32,000 nt of DNA from Candidatus Heimdallarchaeota archaeon B3_Heim. Its GTDB lineage: Archaea; Asgardarchaeota; Heimdallarchaeia; Hodarchaeales; Hodarchaeaceae. The stretch lies in contig NJBF01000013.1 in assembly GCA_003144275.1 (NCBI GenBank), positions 1 to 32,000 on the forward strand, given 5' to 3'. The notes beneath the pieces are model-generated. The model did no database searches and was not told the DNA's origin. It saw only the letters and a program-made list of their open reading frames with translations. A program made the position numbers and the translations under genes. Numbering within the stretch: the first letter of the stretch is position 1; each line of letters begins with the position of its first letter. Shown in pieces: positions 8,956-16,080 of this stretch.

Positions 8956-9597
8956 TTAAAACTTTAATAGAAAGGTAAGTAATAGACCAGAAATTATTGG
9001 AACAGTGAGATTATCATTTAATTTATCTCCTGTAGTTAATTCAATTATGGCTGAAAGAAGTGATACTAAAATATTAACTAATAGAAAATAATATACAATG
9101 ATTGTTTGCGGATCTCGAATGCTAAACAGATCAAAGATCGGTGCAAATTCTGGGTTTATCGAAACGAGAAAGAAAATAAATGTACTACTAATAAAAGCAG
9201 CCAGAAAAAATGCTAAGAAACCTTCGACGCTTTTATTCTGAAAACGCTGATATCTATGCTTTCCAAATCTCGTTCCAATCACATTGGCAAATCCATCGCC
9301 AAAAGCCATTATACAAAATACAGATGCTGCTATCCTTAGATCAAGAAAAGTAACTGAAATTAGGACCATGAGAATATACAAAAGTGGACCATATAAATAG
9401 CCAGTTCTGATATCTCTCTCACGTGATGCCATAGCCTCAAAACCCTTTTTCCACATTGTTGGACGAGCAATGACTATTATAAAAAACAATGCTACAGTTG
9501 TTATCAAAACTAACAACATGCGAGGTAGGATAGCTATTAAAGGAGTTAAGAACCCAAATCCGATATGGATTGTCTTTCTCTTCGTTTCTTGATCCAT
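8956..9597 (-). CDS. Dolichol/phytol kinase-like CTP-dependent integral membrane protein (SEC59/cytidylyltransferase family)
   Basis: RKTIHI, GPLLY, FGDGFANVIGTRFGKH, KSVEGFLAF, DNLTVP; multiple hydrophobic helices. Confidence 0.85.
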   Translation of the reverse strand: MDQETKRKTIHIGFGFLTPLIAILPRMLLVLITTVALFFIIVIARPTMWKKGFEAMASRERDIRTGYLYGPLLYILMVLISVTFLDLRIAASVFCIMAFGDGFANVIGTRFGKHRYQRFQNKSVEGFLAFFLAAFISSTFIFFLVSINPEFAPIFDLFSIRDPQTIIVYYFLLVNILVSLLSAIIELTTGDKLNDNLTVPIISGLLLTFLLKF

Positions 9598-9639
9598 CTA
9601 GTTCCTTTCCAACTAATAGAATCAGAGATTCTGTACCCC

Positions 9640-9936
9640 TTACGATTCATCAGTTATATCCGATCTTTCTTCTGACACTGGGGTCTTTTGGCTTTCCTCA
9701 GATTCCTCAACCAAAGTATCTAACCAATCCCCAAACACATCAACTCGTTCTTCAATCGGACGGACGGGCTTAGTTGTTTGTATTTTGCATTTTCCACAAA
9801 ATATTACAGCCGTACGGATCTTTCGATTTATGTCAATGTTGATTGAATTTGTAGTGCCACAGATAGGACAATCGAACACAGTAGGTAATGTCGGAATCGG
9901 TTTTGTTCTAACAATTCTTTTTCTTTTACGTCCCAT
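9640..9936 (-). CDS. elf1: Transcription elongation factor Elf1 homolog
   Basis: MGRKRKR...LPTVFDCPICG...CGKC...VDVFGDWLD, acidic tail; Elf1 Zn ribbon. Confidence 0.93.
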   Translation of the reverse strand: MGRKRKRIVRTKPIPTLPTVFDCPICGTTNSINIDINRKIRTAVIFCGKCKIQTTKPVRPIEERVDVFGDWLDTLVEESEESQKTPVSEERSDITDES

Positions 9937-9941
9937 ACTAT

Positions 9942-11096
9942 TTACTTCCTTCTGTCGCTTTTTGTATGCTTCTTAATTTGACGAAGTCGTCTATCACGCT
10001 TTGTTTGTTTCGAAGCTCCAATAGATGCTTCTTCGGACTCTTTTGTCCTTTTGTCTTCTACTATATCTTTAACTTTTACTACGCTTATTTGTTGGCCTGA
10101 ACCAACCATAAATAGAAAAAATCCACCAACCAAGAATATGATAGCTAGTGTGGTCATTCCGAGTAGAAATGGACCATTAAGATCAGTATTCGGCGGCGGA
10201 AGATTTTCTTCCTGAATTTCAGTACTTAACCATTTAATAAGATTTCTCCATAATTTCGAATTATCAGCTGCTTCATACCATGAAGATCCTAAATAAGGAT
10301 CCACAACATCACTAAACATTATCGTAGATCCTCCCATTGCCACACGGGCATTGAAACCTTCAGCTCTACCAGCTAGAACTAATACTGCTATATTAGTCGA
10401 AAAAGTATGGGGATCTCCTAAAGGTGAATCAGCATATGCTTCTGTTGAGCCAACTATTAATTCCTCACGTGCATCTTGAATAGAGCAGCTTGAGGTAATT
10501 ATTGTACTAATATTCTCATAATCAGAAAAAATTTCATGATTTGTTTCATTAATGTCGAGAACTAAATATTCAGATTTTCCTGCATTTAAAAAGTCATTTT
10601 TCACAACATCATTGGGTTTTCGTAACTCTATAGCCTCAGTATCCGTCCAAAATCGAGCTAAAATTGATAATTCCTGCTCATTCAGGATATAATTTAGATA
10701 ATCACCATGTCCATCAAGGGAAGCATTGGTTTCAACCAAAGGATTGGCAAGAAGAAGCATTGATTTTTCTTCACGGAGATAATCTCTGATGTGAATTCGT
10801 TCTCTGAAGGTTATAGATTCTTGTGGATCAGTTATTATGAAGATATCCACTCCCTCAAAAGTAGTTTCATTGAATGCTTGGGAATTAAATACTACCTGCA
10901 TTCCTAATTCTTCGAGATCGGTGAGTGCTTGACTATATAACGTTCGATTAAAAAATTGTCCATGGGCTTCATCAAAGAGAATAATTACTGGGTTTTCTTC
11001 ATCGAAAACCACACTATTAGCACCTACAACGAAGTTAAGACTTACTAAAAAGCATAGAAGAGAATAAAATAATATACGTTTAATGCTAACTGACAA
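9942..11096 (-). CDS. Type-I membrane protein with GIFT/DUF4350 (GldG/IFT52/OST48-like) extracellular domain
   Basis: N-terminal signal-like hydrophobic segment; ILFDEAHGQ...L..LG..V...DIFIITDP...NSKLWRNLIKWL; single C-terminal TM (FLLGMTTLAIIFLVGGFFLFMV); basic cytoplasmic tail. Confidence 0.7.
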   Translation of the reverse strand: MSVSIKRILFYSLLCFLVSLNFVVGANSVVFDEENPVIILFDEAHGQFFNRTLYSQALTDLEELGMQVVFNSQAFNETTFEGVDIFIITDPQESITFRERIHIRDYLREEKSMLLLANPLVETNASLDGHGDYLNYILNEQELSILARFWTDTEAIELRKPNDVVKNDFLNAGKSEYLVLDINETNHEIFSDYENISTIITSSCSIQDAREELIVGSTEAYADSPLGDPHTFSTNIAVLVLAGRAEGFNARVAMGGSTIMFSDVVDPYLGSSWYEAADNSKLWRNLIKWLSTEIQEENLPPPNTDLNGPFLLGMTTLAIIFLVGGFFLFMVGSGQQISVVKVKDIVEDKRTKESEEASIGASKQTKRDRRLRQIKKHTKSDRRK

Positions 11097-11344
11097 TATC
11101 TTTTCCTCAACACCATAGTCACAATAAAATTCACTTAAGCCATTACTTAAGGTAGAATTTTCAAAAAAGAGGGAATTTGAGAATATCTTTTGTGTCTTTT
11201 TATTCCTCTTCTACTTCCAATTGAAAAAGCCAAAATTCTAAAAACCACAACGAATTTCTTCCTCTTGGTTTAAGACAAGTAATAAAGGTATTTGTTTACT
11301 ATTTAACAAATCTTATTTGAGTCACGTTAATTGGAGAAATAATC

Positions 11345-11791
11345 ATGGTTTCCGCACAGATGGTTCCCGGTAAATTCTTGATAGAAGTCATTGCTGAGGA
11401 ACTACGATCAAATCAAAACATATTTCGACCACCGACTTGGGCAGAATATGTTAAAACTGGTGTGTCTCGTGAAAATGCCCCAGAAAACAGAAAAGACTGG
11501 TGGTATACGCGCGTAGCATCGGTATTAAGAAAAATATATATTAAAGGTCCAGTAGGAGTTATACATCTAAAGAAATCATATGGGGGTCGAAAAAATCGTG
11601 GTAGTAGGCCCGAAAGATCTGAATCTGGATCAGGGGCTATTATCAGGTTGGCTATTCATCAACTTGAAAAAGCTGGATATGTAACCATCGCCAATACGAG
11701 TGGTAGAATAGTTACTCCAGCTGGACGAAGCTTTGTAGATAAATTGGCAATGAAAGCAAAAGAAGAACTACCAGAGCTTGCCAACTATTAG
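11345..11791 (+). CDS. rps19e: 30S ribosomal protein S19e
   Basis: PTWAEYVKTG...DWWYTRVASVLRKIY..GPVGV..L...YGGRK.RG.RP...GSGAIIR...QLE; GGAG SD upstream. Confidence 0.97.
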   Translation: MVSAQMVPGKFLIEVIAEELRSNQNIFRPPTWAEYVKTGVSRENAPENRKDWWYTRVASVLRKIYIKGPVGVIHLKKSYGGRKNRGSRPERSESGSGAIIRLAIHQLEKAGYVTIANTSGRIVTPAGRSFVDKLAMKAKEELPELANY

Positions 11792-11918
11792 TTTAGTGAC
11801 TTAATCAAGGAATAGATCAATTTTCAGGAAAATTATCTTGAAATAGGATTGAAAGTTCCTAACAAGTAAAATTTAATAAATCAATTTCTCAACATCTAGT
11901 CAGAAAGGGGTATAAACG

Positions 11919-12272
11919 ATGGTTGATGAAGATAGCGAATTGGAAGAACTTCGAAAAAGACGAGCTGCTCAGCTCCAAAATGACCAAATAGAGCAAGCCC
12001 AATTACAAAAGCAGCAAGAAGAACAACGTCGTCAGGTTGAAATTCAACGTCAAATAGTCCTGAAAGGAATATTAACTGACGAAGCACGTGAACGTCTTGG
12101 ACGGATCAAATTAGCAAAACCTGAATATGCTACCACTTTGGAAAATCAATTAATACAACTTGCATCAACTCGCAGAATCTCAGAAAAAATCACGGATGAA
12201 CAGTTAAAATCTCTCCTTAAACAGATGACTCAATCAAAGAGAGAAAGTAAAATTACTTTTAAAAGACGGTAA
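11919..12272 (+). CDS. PDCD5-like double-stranded DNA-binding protein
   Basis: ELEELRKRR..QLQ...ILTDEARERLGRIKLAKPE.A..LENQLIQLA...KITDEQLK.LL...KITFKRR; usual neighbour of rps19e. Confidence 0.93.
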   Translation: MVDEDSELEELRKRRAAQLQNDQIEQAQLQKQQEEQRRQVEIQRQIVLKGILTDEARERLGRIKLAKPEYATTLENQLIQLASTRRISEKITDEQLKSLLKQMTQSKRESKITFKRR

Positions 12273-12283
12273 AGGGTTATTAC

Positions 12284-12733
12284 ATGAGTACGAATTCACA
12301 ATTCTCTTGGACACGTATGGAGGGCATAGGGCTTATATTAACCTCACTAGGTTTAGTGTTAATTTCACAAATACCACCAACATTTTTCGCACTAACTTTA
12401 ATAGAATTTGATCTTGAGGTATATTTTCTAACAATGGTTGGTGTAATTGTAGGAACAATTATTCTCTTAACAGCAATTTCTTGTTCACTTACAGAAGACT
12501 GGGATGATTCTAAATCACCAACTTTGAAAACAGTTATCAATTTTTCTCTTATAATCACTTTCCTTTTCATTTTGGGATTTTTTATCTTTTTTGTGTTACA
12601 ACCAAGTTTTCCCCCCGAAATGCGTAATCTAGATTCAAATCAACGTTATCTTGCAGCTTATACCACAGGCTTGAGCTTAATCGCCATCCTTTTGGTGATT
12701 TTTTATAAGGGGAGAGCGTTCTTCAACAGATAG
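12284..12733 (+). CDS. Hypothetical membrane protein (about 4 TM helices)
   Basis: 149-aa ORF 11 nt after PDCD5, same strand, four hydrophobic stretches; no family recognised. Confidence 0.7.
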   Translation: MSTNSQFSWTRMEGIGLILTSLGLVLISQIPPTFFALTLIEFDLEVYFLTMVGVIVGTIILLTAISCSLTEDWDDSKSPTLKTVINFSLIITFLFILGFFIFFVLQPSFPPEMRNLDSNQRYLAAYTTGLSLIAILLVIFYKGRAFFNR

Positions 12734-12859
12734 CCTTTATAATCTGTTAGGTTCTGATTTATGAGTGGTAACATCTATTTTCTAGAAGTCTGGTACCATT
12801 CGGGATAACACAGTTCAAAGAATGAATTGATTATACATTTAACTAGGAGAATCTACCTC

Positions 12860-13639
12860 ATGACGGGATTACTCAGAAAAACCAATTTAGATTCTGATCT
12901 CATTTCAAAGATATATCACTATTCAGAACTAGGATCCACAAATAACGTCGCCAGGAGCATGATTTTAAAGGAAAAAAAGCAAGGTTTTGTAATTTTCTCA
13001 AAAACACAGAGCTCAGGGTATGGTCAGCGAGGGAATTATTGGGAATCTCCTGAAGGTGGTTTATGGTGTTCATTTGCGATCAAACCTGATATAAGTCCTA
13101 GTAAAATTGGCCTTATTCCAAGTTTGTGTGCTTTGAGTGTAGCAAAAGCTCTTAAATCATATAATATCTCCACTCGGCTCAAATGGCCAAATGATATATT
13201 AAATTCAAGTGATAATAAAAAGATAGGAGGCATTATAGTTGAGGGCAAGGTATCTTCAACGATCTTGGAATATTTAATTATTGGAATTGGAATTAATGTA
13301 AATAATACTCTTGACCAGTACTCACTCCCATTAAGAACGAACATTACTACAACCTTGGAAATTACAAAAACCAATATTTCATTGTTTGAATTATTAAATA
13401 CCATCATAAAATATCTTGAGGAGGGATTATACAAGATAGAAAGTGGTGAAGAAAAGGTTATCCTTCTAGAATGGAAAGAGTGGGATAATATTTTAGGGAG
13501 GGAAATTGTAATAACCTCAAATAATATAGAATATGAGGGAATAGCAAAAGATCTAACTTTATTTGGGCAAATAATTTTGGAATTGGATGATGGTAGAAAA
13601 ATCACGTTTTCATCTGGACACGTTTCTCTTTGTTTATAG
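12860..13639 (+). CDS. birA: Biotin-protein ligase (BirA-type, no N-terminal HTH)
   Basis: STNNVA, QSSGYGQRGNYWESPEGGLWCS, KWPNDI, KIGGIIVE, IIGIGINVN, C-terminal SH3-like G.A......G..IL; start moved to ATG 12860 after AGGAG SD. Confidence 0.92.
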   Translation: MTGLLRKTNLDSDLISKIYHYSELGSTNNVARSMILKEKKQGFVIFSKTQSSGYGQRGNYWESPEGGLWCSFAIKPDISPSKIGLIPSLCALSVAKALKSYNISTRLKWPNDILNSSDNKKIGGIIVEGKVSSTILEYLIIGIGINVNNTLDQYSLPLRTNITTTLEITKTNISLFELLNTIIKYLEEGLYKIESGEEKVILLEWKEWDNILGREIVITSNNIEYEGIAKDLTLFGQIILELDDGRKITFSSGHVSLCL

Positions 13640-13674
13640 AAAAATGAAGTAGAGGTATATAGAGGTGAATAAGT

Positions 13675-14232
13675 ATAGTCTATAACATAAAGACTGGACA
13701 AAATACAGTTCTAAGAGGTTTAATCGCAGAGGAATTTGCGCGGTATACCCTTATTCAACGCTATCCATTAATAGTTCTGAGACCATCTAAAGTAATTGAA
13801 ATATTATCACCAGATCTAATTGAAGGTCCTCATTTTAAATTCTTAATTCAATATCAACAAACAATGGATTTCATCGGTTTTGGCCCCATTCAACAAACTG
13901 ATACCTCTATCCCATTATCAATAAGTGATTTAGTAAGAAATTTCTTTTATCAACAAGATGGTTTGATAAGATTTTTACCGTCTAATTCATTGCAAAACAG
14001 ATTAAATGGTTATATCATTGAAGTCAAGTCACGATCAACAAAAAATCATTGGAATCCGTTTATTTACTCGTTTTCCCCTAAACAAGAAGAAATGTTTTCA
14101 AAAGTGTCGAAATATAGGTTTAAAGAGATTCTCTGCGGTGTTACACTTGCAAACGGTTGGGAAATCTCAGTGCTTTTCACAGATGTAAAAGGAAAAATAC
14201 TCTCTAAAGATTATTTTAAATTAAATCAATAA
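13675..14232 (+). CDS. Putative PD-(D/E)XK superfamily nuclease (185 aa if started at ATA 13675; ORF track calls only 13864-14232)
   Basis: Frame is open from 13669 to 14232; extension encodes RGLIAEEFARYTL (motif I), then MDFIG (D), IIEVKS (E-x-K), SFSPKQ; GAGGTGA SD at 13662-13668. Confidence 0.6.
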   Translation: MVYNIKTGQNTVLRGLIAEEFARYTLIQRYPLIVLRPSKVIEILSPDLIEGPHFKFLIQYQQTMDFIGFGPIQQTDTSIPLSISDLVRNFFYQQDGLIRFLPSNSLQNRLNGYIIEVKSRSTKNHWNPFIYSFSPKQEEMFSKVSKYRFKEILCGVTLANGWEISVLFTDVKGKILSKDYFKLNQ

Positions 14233-15379
14233 AAATGGGTTCTGAATTAGTGAGAACTTTAGGCCTATTTCTTGTTATAAGAACATCATTTTCTAAACGA
14301 AATCCGCCTACATCCTTCTCATAAATGCCAGGTTCAATAGTTATTATCATTCCTTCTTCAATAGGACTAGGAGTCCAATGTTTTAACATGGATTCGTTAG
14401 TTGGCTTTTTTCGTAACACCGGGGAGTCATGCACAGTTAAACCAATTCCATGGCCTAGAGAATGTGGCATCCGATAACCTTGCCCCTCTATTATATTTAC
14501 CGCGACATCAGCAACTTCATGTAGATATTCTGCATCTGATAACGCATCTATTGCCGCATCATGAGCGAGTTTTACTGTATCCACAATTGTTTTCATTTTA
14601 CTGTTCATTGGTCCCATTATGAATGGAAGGGTAACATCTGAAGTTAAGGCGTCCGCTTGTACCCCGAAATCAATTAATGCAAGACCTTTCTGATATAGTG
14701 ATTGCTTGGGATCAGCACGTGGATATGTGTGTATCTGCCAAGATCTCGCACTACTAGCTACGAGTGATTCAAACCCTACTGCAAATGCTCCTAATTCTCG
14801 CATCCTACTTTCTACAAAAACTGCAAGATCCATTTCAGTTTTGACTCTGGATCGTGAAATCATTATCTCTTCAATTTCTTTGACCAGTTGATTACTTATG
14901 TCAACTGATTTTTGCATTAATGAAATTTCATAGTCGGATTTTGTTGCTCTTAATTCCGCTAGCAGATTGTCTATAATTTTCGGATTGAAAATTATCTCGG
15001 TGTTGGGTATAGCATCTAAAAGGACTTGAACTTTATCATATGGGATACCTCTTGGGATCCCTACTTTGGGATTTGAGGAAGTTCTTTTCTCAAAAAAGTC
15101 AATTGTAGCGGCTGAAATTACTCCATGATAATCTGCGACATCAACTATTTCATCAGCTTCAGAAATCATCTTTGCTAATTGATAATCCCATGGAATAAGT
15201 GTGGTTTGACGATTCTTGATATCTACAAAAAGTCCAGCTTCTTCTGGATGGCCAGTTAGATATTTTACATTTACATCTCTGTGGGCCTCTGAATCAGAAA
15301 TGAAGAGAAAATCTAGCTCGTGGGCCTCCAATGAATCATATAACTTTGTTAATTTTTCTTGCGTAATAAAACGTGCCAC
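14216..15379 (-). CDS. pepQ: Xaa-Pro dipeptidase/aminopeptidase (M24B family)
   Basis: Metal ligands LIDFG, SDVT, HSLGHGIG, TIEPG, RLENDV; N-terminal creatinase-like domain; GTG start; overlaps the convergent ORF by 17 nt. Confidence 0.9.
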   Translation of the reverse strand: MARFITQEKLTKLYDSLEAHELDFLFISDSEAHRDVNVKYLTGHPEEAGLFVDIKNRQTTLIPWDYQLAKMISEADEIVDVADYHGVISAATIDFFEKRTSSNPKVGIPRGIPYDKVQVLLDAIPNTEIIFNPKIIDNLLAELRATKSDYEISLMQKSVDISNQLVKEIEEIMISRSRVKTEMDLAVFVESRMRELGAFAVGFESLVASSARSWQIHTYPRADPKQSLYQKGLALIDFGVQADALTSDVTLPFIMGPMNSKMKTIVDTVKLAHDAAIDALSDAEYLHEVADVAVNIIEGQGYRMPHSLGHGIGLTVHDSPVLRKKPTNESMLKHWTPSPIEEGMIITIEPGIYEKDVGGFRLENDVLITRNRPKVLTNSEPIFIDLI

Positions 15380-15608
15380 TAGGAATCACCTGAACCTACT
15401 TCGGGTTGCTAGAAAAAACAAATCAAGAATTTTAAAAACCTGCTCTTGGATAATAACAATAAAATATCTAGATAAATAGCAACACCAATTCCAAATAATA
15501 ACATCAAAAGGATAGTATCACAATACAGCTGATTCTATAGCCAGGTTCCAATTTATCGAACAAAATTGGTTCAGATTAAGCAGAAAATGATCATCTTTCC
15601 TCATACGC

Positions 15609-15839
15609 TTAATCTACTTTAATCTTATGCCATTTCTTGTTTGAGGAAGCAGGTTGTTCGGTCTTTCTCGGAGTTTTTCCCGTGTATCGTCTTTTTTGCT
15701 GTTTGAGGAGATTTCTCTGAGTCATTTTGCTAATTTTACTTGTAATCAATTGCAATTCAGAATTGTTTGGACGATAAGATTTTAATAACTTCTGAAATTC
15801 AAGAAGAAGCGCATTTACCTTTTCCTTATCTACTACCAT
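15609..15839 (-). CDS. Small basic hypothetical protein
   Basis: 76-aa ATG ORF filling otherwise empty space, helical N-half and K/R-rich C-half; no family recognised. Confidence 0.5.
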   Translation of the reverse strand: MVVDKEKVNALLLEFQKLLKSYRPNNSELQLITSKISKMTQRNLLKQQKRRYTGKTPRKTEQPASSNKKWHKIKVD

Positions 15840-16080
15840 CCTGTTTAACCAAAAAATTTAAGAAAAATAAATATTTGGGAGCGGTTATACTATTCTCTCC
15901 TAAATTCCTTATTATCCAAATCATTGTTAAAGTAAATATATTAATTCTAAAATTTCCAGATTGAATATCTACATGCTTTCAGTCCCCATTTTATGAACTA
16001 TTAGGTAAATGAAAGTATGTTAACTAATTAAATTAATACTAACTAATTATTCTATTAGCATTGTTATGGAGTAATATCAA

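Noticed and set aside
13036-13701. 221-aa antisense ORF over birA
   Set aside because: Shadow of a well-supported gene; no motifs, and Ser/Ile/Phe-rich composition typical of antisense frames.
15409-15504. 31-codon hydrophobic ORF on the minus strand (MLLFGIGVAIYLDILLLLSK...) between pepQ and the small basic ORF
   Set aside because: No SD, very short, and T-rich DNA yields Leu/Phe/Ile runs by chance; cannot be supported without homologues.
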